From: Candidatus Heimdallarchaeota archaeon
GTDB taxonomy: Archaea > Asgardarchaeota > Heimdallarchaeia > Hodarchaeales > Hodarchaeaceae
DNA: 64,000 bases
Assembly (NCBI GenBank): GCA_020353515.1
Contig: CP070695.1
Coordinates: 3,520,050 to 3,584,049 of the forward strand
Direction: 5' to 3'
Below the pieces are notes generated by a model, which was not told the DNA's origin, did no database searches, and saw only the letters and a program-made list of their open reading frames with translations. This document shows, piece after piece, positions 1-9,341 of this stretch (the stretch's first letter is position 1; each line of letters starts with the position of its first letter). The position numbers and the translations under genes are program-made.

Positions 1-88
1 TCTTAGAAGACGGGAAAAATATAAGCCGACAATATTATTAAAGACCTACTCATTGTAATTTAGCAAAGGCTTTTGGTTAATTACGCTG

Positions 89-430
89 GTGTGTGGCCTT
101 CTTATGTATTGGGATTCGTTTTTCAGACAATTAAATTCTGAAAATTCGAAAAAGGAAAAATCTTTTCTATGCATTTGTCGTGATCCTGGGAAGGGGGGGT
201 TAATTCATGAACCAGGCAGAAGATTACGTTTCGTTGGCCAATGTTCTCAAGATAAAGCGTGCTTTAAGATTCGTTTTGATTCTAAGCGAAGCCTTTCCAG
301 AAAGTTACAGATCGTTTCTAAACCAAAAAAGAGGAAGGAAGAGGAGAGAAAAGACATACGTCTTACATTGGATGCATTTCTAAGTCCTTCTTATAGTCTC
401 TTAGATCCTAAAGAGGACGCAGCTGAATAG
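89..430 (+). CDS. Small basic hypothetical protein, Cys/His-containing (start may be the ATG at 104)
   Basis: 113-aa ORF converging on the thiolase gene; CxC...H...C...C residues, Lys/Arg-rich stretch; no family recognised. Confidence 0.45.
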   Translation: MCGLLMYWDSFFRQLNSENSKKEKSFLCICRDPGKGGLIHEPGRRLRFVGQCSQDKACFKIRFDSKRSLSRKLQIVSKPKKRKEEERKDIRLTLDAFLSPSYSLLDPKEDAAE

Positions 431-438
431 AAGGATCT

Positions 439-1635
439 TCACACATCACGAGATAATAAAAGAGACATACCCAATCCACCCCCTCCACATAATGTGCTAA
501 GCCCTAGGGAGATTTGACGCTTTTGCATTTCATGGAGTAATGTCACTACTATTCGTGTTCCTGTACACCCTACCGGGTGTCCTAATCCTATACCTGAACC
601 GTTAACATTCGTGATGCTTCGATCTAAGTTTAGTTCCCTCTCTGCGGCTAAATAAGTTGCAGCGAAAGCTTCGTTAACTTCGATCAGCGAGACATCATCA
701 AGAGTGTATTCTGTTATCTTAGAAAACAGATTATTTGTTGCAGGTATCGGGCCTAATCCCATTCGATCTGGTTCAACACCACCAATCCCATATCCAACAA
801 TCTTAGCTAAAGGGATGATCCCAAGCTCATCTGCTTTTGTCTGACTCATAATTATTACTGCAGCTGCTCCATCATTGATACCCGAAGAATTTCCTGCCGT
901 TACAACTCCACCATTGGGTTTAAAAACTGGTTTCATTTTTGCTAAATCTTCTAGTGAGTATTCACGTGGATGTTCATCAGTGTCAAAGTTATGTAAACCT
1001 GTTCTAGTTTTCAATTCAATAGGGACTATCTCATCCTTAAATCGTCCTGTTTTATTTGCTTTGATAGCATTAGTGTGAGATCGTAAAGCAACTTCATCTA
1101 ATTCTTCACGTTTAAGCTTAAACTCTTCAGCAAGGATTTCAGCAGTCATACCCATTAATTTATCTCCGCCTGCTTTTAATCCTTCCATAACACCATCCAC
1201 CATTTTTTTATCAAAGTATCTAGAACCCCAACGCATATCATAGGAGAGGTACGGTATTGTTGACATGCTTTCAACTCCTCCAGCTAAAATTGTTTCGCAC
1301 TTGTCTTCTGCTTGAATTTGGTGCATACCAGATACAATAGCCTCCATCGCTGATGTACACACACGATTCATCGTGACAGCGGGAACTTCTTTCGGGATAC
1401 TAGCTCTTAAAGCTGCGATCCTTGTCACATTCATGTATCGATTATCCTCAACACAACAACCAAATCGTACATCATTTATTTGATTCACTAAATTTGGGAT
1501 TTCTACACGATCAATTGTTGCTTTCATTGCTACTGCTGCTAAATCAGGTGCATGAAGATCTTTTAATGCTCCCCCAAAGTCGCCAATGGCGGTTCTAACT
1601 GCAGAAACGATTACAACATCATCTAACTGGGTCAT
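439..1635 (-). CDS. Acetyl-CoA C-acetyltransferase (thiolase)
   Basis: RTAIG, NRVCTS, GGVESMS, TAGNSSGINDGAAA, NEAFA, GHPVGCTG and LCGGGG thiolase motifs. Confidence 0.95.
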   Translation of the reverse strand: MTQLDDVVIVSAVRTAIGDFGGALKDLHAPDLAAVAMKATIDRVEIPNLVNQINDVRFGCCVEDNRYMNVTRIAALRASIPKEVPAVTMNRVCTSAMEAIVSGMHQIQAEDKCETILAGGVESMSTIPYLSYDMRWGSRYFDKKMVDGVMEGLKAGGDKLMGMTAEILAEEFKLKREELDEVALRSHTNAIKANKTGRFKDEIVPIELKTRTGLHNFDTDEHPREYSLEDLAKMKPVFKPNGGVVTAGNSSGINDGAAAVIIMSQTKADELGIIPLAKIVGYGIGGVEPDRMGLGPIPATNNLFSKITEYTLDDVSLIEVNEAFAATYLAAERELNLDRSITNVNGSGIGLGHPVGCTGTRIVVTLLHEMQKRQISLGLSTLCGGGGLGMSLLLSRDV

Positions 1636-1695
1636 TTTAGCATCAAATCCTTTAGATTAAAAAAGGAGGATAGCGATTCTATGTATTGACAATCG

Positions 1696-2136
1696 CTATG
1701 TTCGTGATTTATTAGTAATTGAAAGTAAGACTGCGATCGTTGGAGCTAAAGCCAAGGGTAGAGCAAAAAAGAATTGATCTAACCATTGATCTAAATCGAT
1801 TACTACAGTACCACCTTCAAGTAATGGCTTTATCAGCCAGGCAATGACTATGGCAAAACTTGCAATTATCCATAGAATAAAGAACATCAAACTTAATAAT
1901 CCAACTCTTTCTCCTTCTTCAATCCAGCGGGTAGAACCCCAACCTGACAAAAATGTGACTATAAACCATGCAATAGCAAAAACTAATAATACGGTGCGTG
2001 CTGGTGTTAGTAAATCGATACCTAGCTGGGTAAATACATCTGATAGAATATCAGATATAATTAGCGATAGGAGATATCCAAGAATGACGAAAACAAATGT
2101 TGAAACGTAAACAGCCATTTTTTCTGAACCTTTCAT
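1696..2136 (-). CDS. Hypothetical membrane protein (about 4 TM)
   Basis: Four hydrophobic segments; same strand as and upstream of the thiolase. Confidence 0.7.
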   Translation of the reverse strand: MKGSEKMAVYVSTFVFVILGYLLSLIISDILSDVFTQLGIDLLTPARTVLLVFAIAWFIVTFLSGWGSTRWIEEGERVGLLSLMFFILWIIASFAIVIAWLIKPLLEGGTVVIDLDQWLDQFFFALPLALAPTIAVLLSITNKSRT

Positions 2137-2514
2137 TATAATTCAACCTTCGATGAATTCATTACTACGTTAATTTAATGTAAAACGCTCGTAAGTAATG
2201 GCATTTATTAATATTCCTCCATTTTTCCAAGAAACTATTTTCTAATAGAAATATCTAAATTATTTAGAACTAGAAACATTTCCAAATTAACGGTAAAATT
2301 AGAAATTAATCAAGATGTTGACGAGTTATCTGTTCCATTCTGATTAAACCAAATTAGTTTAAAATTAACAAAGATCAAAAGGGCCTTATAGTCACTGAAT
2401 AATTTTCAGGGCATTGAATAATTATTTCACTATATTAAGGATAATTTTTAAGGAGCAAAAGCTTAAAGTGGAATACAGCGTATTTCATAAGAAGCTAGAA
2501 TTTTGGTGTAAGGA

Positions 2515-2904
2515 ATGCTAGAAGACGACGCTGAGATCATGGATCGTTTGCAGCAAATTGAACGAATACTTCGGGAGGTTCAAAGCAGAATTCCTGATCT
2601 TGAAGGATTAGCAGTAGTTACTAGAGATGGCCTCCCAATTGCTAGTGCACTCTACACCAACACTGATGAAGATCGAATTTCTGCTATGACTGCAGCAAGT
2701 CTTTCTCTTTCTGAACGTGTTGTATTAGAATTAGAGAGGGGAATAATGGAACAACTAATCATAACAGGCTCAAATGGCCTCGTAATAATTCGTGATGCTG
2801 GTGAGCATGCAGTTTTAGTAGGGATTGCACGAGTTGATGCAAAATTAGGATTAGTTTTACTTGACATGAAAAGAGCTGCTAAGAAACTTTCTTCAATGAT
2901 CTAA
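2515..2904 (+). CDS. Roadblock/LC7 (MglB-like) domain protein
   Basis: AVVTRDGLPIAS, DEDRISAMTAA, ERVVLELERG, AKLGLVLLDMKRAA pattern typical of Roadblock/LC7 proteins. Confidence 0.92.
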   Translation: MLEDDAEIMDRLQQIERILREVQSRIPDLEGLAVVTRDGLPIASALYTNTDEDRISAMTAASLSLSERVVLELERGIMEQLIITGSNGLVIIRDAGEHAVLVGIARVDAKLGLVLLDMKRAAKKLSSMI

Positions 2905-2934
2905 TACCTTAATCTATTCTCCTATTCTGTTTTT

Positions 2935-4101
2935 TCAACTATTTACGTCTAGGCTGTGACTTTCCATGCTAGGATGTTCAGGGATACCTAGGTTTTTTGC
3001 TAACTGTGCAATACAAGATTCAAAAGTAATAGAAGTTGCATATTCAAATTTGGGGAAATACATCTCATATTTAGTTAATTGAAGATTTTCCAGTATTGTT
3101 TTTAGGTTTCTCCCAGATATGACAAGAAATTCATCTGATTTCTTTGCAATTTGGGATTGAGAAGAGGAAGTAATACTAAATACCTTCAGTTGACTCATTT
3201 TTGCATTTTCTATCATTTTTAGCATCATTGAAGAAGTACCACTCCCAGATAATGTTATTAGTAAGTCTCCTTCACGACGGAATCGCCAATCATTTATCGA
3301 AAGAACTTTCATTCCTAATGATTGAAGCCTCAATGAACTCATTGTGGCTACAATGCTATTTATCCCATTACCATAAAAGAAAACTTTGGAATCCGGCTTG
3401 AAGCAATAATCACTTAAAAACTCCATGAGTGTAGTAAGTCTTGGGTTATGTTCTAAATCGTTGAATGTATTTTCTGCTGACCTTAAAATCTCAGTAGTAG
3501 CTTCATTAAAGCCTTTGGTACATGAACCTTTATGGACACCATTAATGACTCCAAAACCTGTTATCATTGCAGTTAATTCAAAAATGGTTCCTAAAGGAGA
3601 TAATGGATCATGTTCTCTTGTGAATAGACTAATATGATCCTGTGGATGATATCCCATAGGACATTGAATTACTCCATCAGATAATTTAGCTGCCTTGGAA
3701 TCTAATGCTCCTGTAAATGTTAAGACTATACTTTTTTTCCGAACGACCTCCTCGAGAACCATAGTTGTAAGTTTAGTCCACCCAGAACCAGTGATAGCGA
3801 TGACGACATCATTTTTCTTAACAGGTTGGATGATATTTTCTCCAAGATAAAATACTCTGCTTGAAAATCCGATATTTTTTAGACATTCACCAAGAATCAT
3901 TCCAATCAATCGTGATCGACCTACTCCTACAATATGAATCAGTTTATCCTTATTTTCAAGAGCATCAGAGAGAGTTTGACAAAAAATCGCGAGGTGATGA
4001 GGATCTTGATTAATTGTATTAACTGAGCGTTGAGCTGTACGCATCAATAATAGATAAGCTGATTTGAAAGCGGAAATATCACTTTTATGAGAACTATTCA
4101 T
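2935..4101 (-). CDS. Tandem SIS-domain protein, 6-phospho-3-hexuloisomerase (PHI/HxlB)-like duplication
   Basis: Two repeats: IHIVGVGRS...VIAITGSGWT...SPLGTIFE and VFFYGNGIN...LITLSGSGTS...PKFEY; the second repeat is degenerate. Confidence 0.8.
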   Translation of the reverse strand: MNSSHKSDISAFKSAYLLLMRTAQRSVNTINQDPHHLAIFCQTLSDALENKDKLIHIVGVGRSRLIGMILGECLKNIGFSSRVFYLGENIIQPVKKNDVVIAITGSGWTKLTTMVLEEVVRKKSIVLTFTGALDSKAAKLSDGVIQCPMGYHPQDHISLFTREHDPLSPLGTIFELTAMITGFGVINGVHKGSCTKGFNEATTEILRSAENTFNDLEHNPRLTTLMEFLSDYCFKPDSKVFFYGNGINSIVATMSSLRLQSLGMKVLSINDWRFRREGDLLITLSGSGTSSMMLKMIENAKMSQLKVFSITSSSQSQIAKKSDEFLVISGRNLKTILENLQLTKYEMYFPKFEYATSITFESCIAQLAKNLGIPEHPSMESHSLDVNS

Positions 4102-4146
4102 TTTCTTCTACACACATGAAATATGGTTCAGTTGAAGCACTACTCA

Positions 4147-5445
4147 TCAAACCACACGCTCTAGGAGCACTGATTCAATTATAACTGGTCTCAATTTAGC
4201 AATCAATCCCCTAACTTCATTGAGCGCGGATTCAGAAGATGTATAAACCCGAAAAACTACCTCTCCTTTCCGAACAGATTCTTTCTTAGCTAAAATCTCT
4301 ATCCCTGCACAAGGATCGCTAGGAGCTCCTGCAGCTCTAGCAACTTCCTTCAACGCATAATTCGACCAGGTGTGAGGCCACCCATCACTGGGAGCTTTAT
4401 ATTCTAAAACAGGACGATTTTCTAGTTTTTGGTTAAGGCTTTCTGGGGTTACGCTTGGATCTCCACCTTGAGCTTCAATAATTTCTTGCATTTTAGCTAA
4501 GGCTTTGCCGCCATTCAATAACTCACCTGCATATTGTTTACCAAAACCTCGGGGAGTCATTCCAGCCATTTCAAACACAATACCAGCCAGTTCACAGCTT
4601 TTTTCAATTAAAGATGTTGGACCCTTTCCCTCCAGAGCTTCAAGGGCTTCCCGAGCTTCAAGTAGTGGACCAATAGTGTGACCAACTGGAACCGCTGCAT
4701 ACGTTAATGCCGCTTCTGTTTTGATACCTAAGCGATCTGCAAGATCTACAAATTTTCTAGCTAATACACGCCCTTCCTCTTCTGTAGCTACCTTTTCAGT
4801 TCCAATAGGAACATCTAAAACGAGAAAGTCAACCCCCATTGCTATTTTTTTGGCAAGAATCCCTGCAAAAATAAGACTAATAGGATCAATACCTAGAGGA
4901 AATGCCGCATCTTGAATAATTTTATCAACAACTGGAGCTATACCCATTTCATTCCCAGTTACTATACATCCTTTTGTCTCATTAACAATCTCAATTACCT
5001 TCTCAGCTTTAATTTCAACTGGGGCTAGAACACCCATTGTATCTGCAGTTCCACTAGCAGATGTGATCGCATGTGTGGATGTTTTCGGAATTAATAGACC
5101 AGCTGCTGCTAAGATAGGAACAATTAATAAAGTGATTTTATTGCCCGGAACACCTCCGAGACTATGTTTAGCGAACGTAGGCCCAGTAAAATCGAAGATT
5201 CTTCCTGATTCAGCAAAAGATCTTGCCATAACTTCAATTTCATCAAGAGAGTATTTTGTGAAATGTTGTGATAGTACAAAAGCAGATCCGTGATGACTTG
5301 AAATGTTTGAATCCATAAATCCTTGAGTAATTTGGTCAATGTCCTCTTTATCGAAAATTGTAGTACTATCTTTCACTTTATTGATTATTAGTCTATGAGC
5401 GCTCGAATCATATGACTGCTTTAAATCTTTAACGTTTGAAATCAT
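4147..5445 (-). CDS. AMP/thymidine phosphorylase family protein, short paralog lacking most of the N-terminal AMPpase domain
   Basis: KHSLGGVPGNK, IPKTSTHAITSASGTAD, LEAREAL, IIEAQGG, ARAAGAP; start placed at the ATG at 5445, preceded by a GAGGTG Shine-Dalgarno-like site. Confidence 0.88.
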   Translation of the reverse strand: MISNVKDLKQSYDSSAHRLIINKVKDSTTIFDKEDIDQITQGFMDSNISSHHGSAFVLSQHFTKYSLDEIEVMARSFAESGRIFDFTGPTFAKHSLGGVPGNKITLLIVPILAAAGLLIPKTSTHAITSASGTADTMGVLAPVEIKAEKVIEIVNETKGCIVTGNEMGIAPVVDKIIQDAAFPLGIDPISLIFAGILAKKIAMGVDFLVLDVPIGTEKVATEEEGRVLARKFVDLADRLGIKTEAALTYAAVPVGHTIGPLLEAREALEALEGKGPTSLIEKSCELAGIVFEMAGMTPRGFGKQYAGELLNGGKALAKMQEIIEAQGGDPSVTPESLNQKLENRPVLEYKAPSDGWPHTWSNYALKEVARAAGAPSDPCAGIEILAKKESVRKGEVVFRVYTSSESALNEVRGLIAKLRPVIIESVLLERVV

Positions 5446-5735
5446 CTTATGACACCTCTCAATCCTTACAAATAAATTCAATAGCATAATTTCAACATTT
5501 AATTCAAATAATATCTGAAAGGATATTCGTTGGGTTTCAAATAAATCTATTCAGACTGTAGGTTTATTATTAAACCATCCCCACATTTATTTAAATGTAT
5601 ATATACTAAGAAAAATGATTTACAAAAGAATAGACCTTATTTCTGTACGAAATGCTTCGGAAAAACTGTATCGATGTCAACGTGTTTTGCTTAAAGTGAA
5701 GAATAGCTTAAAAAATCCCCAAGTCCTAATCAGGA

Positions 5736-7298
5736 TTAGACGCGACCTATAAGCATCCCTTCAATTGTTATTGGATTTAATTTAGCGAATTTTCCTTCTG
5801 CTGCAGATAAACGAGATTCTGATGAAGAATGAATACGAATAAGCGATTCTCCACGTTTAACTGCGTCTTTTTTCTTCAGAAAATAAATTCCAGCACCTTT
5901 ATCTTTAGGACATCCAGCAGTCCGCGCAATTTCAGCAATTTTCACATTATCTATCTCAACAATCCAACCGGAGCTGGGACTTAAGATCTCACAGAAATGT
6001 TCTCCTACAGGAATATCGTCTGGTTTTAAGTTCTTATCACCACCTTGGGCTTCAAGAATCTCATAGAATTTATCTAGGGCTTGTCCATCATTAAGAATTT
6101 GCTTAGCGTACTCTCGTCCCTGACCCCGAAGTGCCTTACCTGCCATTTCAAGTAAAATCCCTGATAATTCACATGATTTTTCTATAAGTGAGGAAGGGCC
6201 TTCCCGAGGTTTCATCAAAGTCCTGAGCGCTTCCCGTGCTTCTAATCCTGAACCAACGCTATGGCCTACTGGATGCGCACCAAACGTGATACCACTCTCA
6301 ACTCGAATCCCTAATCTACGACCAAGTTCAGCAAAATCACGGCCCAATGCCTGCGCAGTTCCGATATCTGCTATTTTCGTTCCATGCCCTGTTGGCAAAT
6401 CCATCACTAGGAAGTGAATGCCTGTAGCTAACTTCTTTGACATGATAGAGGCAAGCATCATTGATGAAGGGTTAACTCCTAAAGGAAATTCAACATCTCT
6501 GATTAAAATGTCATCTGCAGGTGCTAAATTGAAACCTCCTCCCCATACAATCATACCTCGTGTTTTTTGAGATATCTCAACTAACTCTTCAGCTGAAAAT
6601 ACTACATCGCACCCAAACGCTTCCATTGTATCAGCTGTTCCAGATGGACTTGTTATTGCACGGCTACTTGTTTTAGGTATTAACAATCCCGCAGCTGCGA
6701 TTATAGGAACAATGAGAAGGGAAACTTTGTTTCCAGGGACCCCACCTGTCGAGTGTTTTCCAAAACAAGTCTCCTGTCCGAAATCTATCATCTCTCCTGT
6801 TTGAGCCATGGCTCTAGACAACTCTTCTATTTCATCCATGTTAAAAGGGTCAAAGACTTGGGACAGTACGAATGCGGTTTTTTCTAATTGACTTAAGCGA
6901 TGATGAGCAATATCATTTACTATCATTGCAATTTCATTTTGTTTGAAAGGACGTTTTTGAACCATACGTTTCCTAAGTAACCAATAACTGTCTGGTGGTG
7001 TTCTACTAAGTGGTAGAACTTGGATCTTTGCCCCTTCATCAATTTCCAATTCAACTAACGTTTCACCTGAAACCCAGATCTCTGCAAGTGGAACATGATC
7101 CGATAATACAATATGTTCTGTGAAAATAGTACGTGTTTCACTTATCAATTGTACTTGTGGATTTTTAAAAGCCCCTTTGAATAATCCCGCCTCTGGAGAC
7201 AGGATTACAGTATTTTTAGGGAAGATCTGAGCTTTTTCTACAATAAATTCGCGAATATCTGAAGGCTTTTTTATTGGGGTAAGGGACATTATGAACAC
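5736..7298 (-). CDS. AMP phosphorylase family protein, full-length paralog
   Basis: KHSTGGVPGNK, PKTSSRAITSPSGTAD, VWGG, LAPADD, ASIMSKK, LEAREAL, DKGAG; has the N-terminal extension of archaeal AMP phosphorylases. Confidence 0.9.
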   Translation of the reverse strand: MFIMSLTPIKKPSDIREFIVEKAQIFPKNTVILSPEAGLFKGAFKNPQVQLISETRTIFTEHIVLSDHVPLAEIWVSGETLVELEIDEGAKIQVLPLSRTPPDSYWLLRKRMVQKRPFKQNEIAMIVNDIAHHRLSQLEKTAFVLSQVFDPFNMDEIEELSRAMAQTGEMIDFGQETCFGKHSTGGVPGNKVSLLIVPIIAAAGLLIPKTSSRAITSPSGTADTMEAFGCDVVFSAEELVEISQKTRGMIVWGGGFNLAPADDILIRDVEFPLGVNPSSMMLASIMSKKLATGIHFLVMDLPTGHGTKIADIGTAQALGRDFAELGRRLGIRVESGITFGAHPVGHSVGSGLEAREALRTLMKPREGPSSLIEKSCELSGILLEMAGKALRGQGREYAKQILNDGQALDKFYEILEAQGGDKNLKPDDIPVGEHFCEILSPSSGWIVEIDNVKIAEIARTAGCPKDKGAGIYFLKKKDAVKRGESLIRIHSSSESRLSAAEGKFAKLNPITIEGMLIGRV

Positions 7299-7424
7299 TT
7301 TCTAGATTGATTTGTCTATATCTCAAACATTAGTAGCCCTTTTGCAAAGGCCTAAAAAATTATTTGCAATTGGAAGACAAATGACATTCAAATCGCTTTT
7401 AACATACATATTTGGTGAGAAAAC

Positions 7425-8192
7425 TTGGTAGACCTCTCAGGTATCACCACATTGCTGTTTGACATTGATAACACCCTCTTATTATTTGATGATCATGAAT
7501 TTATTCGGATCTATATTACATCAATCCACAAATATTTCAAAGAAGAACAACCGAATCTTGAGAAGTTTATGAGTATTTTTTTAACTTCTACCAATAAAAT
7601 GACCAGAATAGATAAGTCTAATCTTAACAATCTCTCAAAATTCGGAGTTGATTTTGGATCAAGAATTGGTCTTTCACGATCGGAGATCATTAAACGATTT
7701 CTTAGTTTTTATCAAACTGATTTTAGAGAAGTATGTCAAATAATGACTTTACATCCAATAGCAAAAGATCTACTCAAATTAGCATCAAATCATTTTCAGC
7801 TTGTTGCAGCTACTAATCCTCTCTTTCCAACAATAGCAAATGAGACGCGATTCTCTCAGACAGGTTTAGATACTTTTCCATGGTTGGAAATTACTTCAGC
7901 AGAAGACTATCACTTTGCAAAACCTCACATCGAATTCTATGAAGAACTTTTGGTTAGAATTGATAAAAAACGCTCCGAATGTATGATTATTGGTGATGAT
8001 CCAATAAATGATATGGTAGCAGGGAGACTTGGAATAAGGACGTTTTTAGTCAAAACGGATGGACGTGCTTTTGCTAATATAATTAAGACGGATCCGAAAT
8101 ACGAAAATATTGATTTTCCAATAGATTATATAGGAACCTTGGAGGATCTACATAAATCACTCCAACTAAAATACTCATCTAAGTTTGTGTAG
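7425..8192 (+). CDS. HAD-superfamily hydrolase
   Basis: FDIDNTLL (motif I), ATNP, KP, IGDDPINDMVAG (motif IV). Confidence 0.9.
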   Translation: MVDLSGITTLLFDIDNTLLLFDDHEFIRIYITSIHKYFKEEQPNLEKFMSIFLTSTNKMTRIDKSNLNNLSKFGVDFGSRIGLSRSEIIKRFLSFYQTDFREVCQIMTLHPIAKDLLKLASNHFQLVAATNPLFPTIANETRFSQTGLDTFPWLEITSAEDYHFAKPHIEFYEELLVRIDKKRSECMIIGDDPINDMVAGRLGIRTFLVKTDGRAFANIIKTDPKYENIDFPIDYIGTLEDLHKSLQLKYSSKFV

Positions 8193-8213
8193 ATAAGACT
8201 AAGAGATAAATTT

Positions 8214-8756
8214 CTATTTAGGCTTAGAAATATGGTTATCATTATACTTTAACTCCCATAACACTCCTAACAAGAAATAATACCCACTTGAGTTTCCAAA
8301 TGTTCTAATTTTCCGAACTTCATGTTCAAATTGTAATTTTTCCTGATTATCCAGCTGAGCTTTTAATAGCTTAATGAAAGGAATTATTTCTGGTGGGAAA
8401 TTCTGATTCAAAAAACGACGAATTAGCTGAGCTGATCTCGAATTTGTGAGCTTTTCAAAAGGTAAATTAGTGAGATATCTAAAAATTTCAGATACCTCTT
8501 TGTTTAAACAATATTTTGCCGTTAGAATTCCTAAAAATAGATCATCAGATTGAGGTGTACTTCCTAATCCATAGCCCAAAATTTGGGATAAATTTCTCAT
8601 TAATGAATCAATTTGTTTCTCCCTCAGATTCATAAAATCTTTTTGAAATTCTTTTAAAGGACTATTTATCATCTGTAGCATATTTTGTTCATTGAGAAGA
8701 GGAAATTGGTGATTTAACAATGAATCCAAAGAAGGTTCTTTTCTTACAGGATTCAA
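8214..8756 (-). CDS. DUF2877 (YlbF/AllH-like) family protein, short
   Basis: LGYGLGSTPQSDDLFLG resembles the GxGxGLTPSGDD signature; C-terminal GNSSG. Confidence 0.7.
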   Translation of the reverse strand: MNPVRKEPSLDSLLNHQFPLLNEQNMLQMINSPLKEFQKDFMNLREKQIDSLMRNLSQILGYGLGSTPQSDDLFLGILTAKYCLNKEVSEIFRYLTNLPFEKLTNSRSAQLIRRFLNQNFPPEIIPFIKLLKAQLDNQEKLQFEHEVRKIRTFGNSSGYYFLLGVLWELKYNDNHISKPK

Positions 8757-8953
8757 AACTTCCTCTAAGCATTGAATATGTTGATCTTTTAATTGAAAAA
8801 CCTCAATTGAAAGTTAATTCTCCTTCTTCTTATTTTTTTCTTTCGTGATTTCTGATATAGATCCTCTTATCTCGAAGTTTATTATTTGTATTAAAAGAAA
8901 TCGAAAAGTAAGAGTTAAATTCATTGTTTTATTGAGAGTTTCAGTGGTTTTCA

Positions 8954-9316
8954 GTGGTTGCAGAGAAAATGTCATCGAGAGTAGTAGAGTACTTTAGCAA
9001 TTTTTCTGACTATTATCAAAAAACGCTCCTTAGGCGCTTGATTGTTGGATTAATCATTGGAAGCATACTCTGGTTAAGTCTATTTTTATTATCAAACATA
9101 TTGGCTATTATTCTAGATAATAATATTTGGTGGGATACATTCTTATACGACCTTCCTCTTGTAGGAGCGATTATAGCGTTAATTGTTACCTTACAAATAT
9201 GGGGAATATTACCTCAACCAGCTAATACTGAAGATGACCATCTATTCAGAGAAAACATAGGAAATGAGGAGCACAACAAAGAAGAAGCAAATTCAGAGGA
9301 ATCAGAACTAGATTAG
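8954..9316 (+). CDS. Small two-TM membrane protein with acidic C-terminal tail
   Basis: Two hydrophobic helices followed by a Glu/Asp-rich tail. Confidence 0.65.
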   Translation: MVAEKMSSRVVEYFSNFSDYYQKTLLRRLIVGLIIGSILWLSLFLLSNILAIILDNNIWWDTFLYDLPLVGAIIALIVTLQIWGILPQPANTEDDHLFRENIGNEEHNKEEANSEESELD

Positions 9317-9341
9317 GTTAAGTGAAAACAATTAAATGGGT

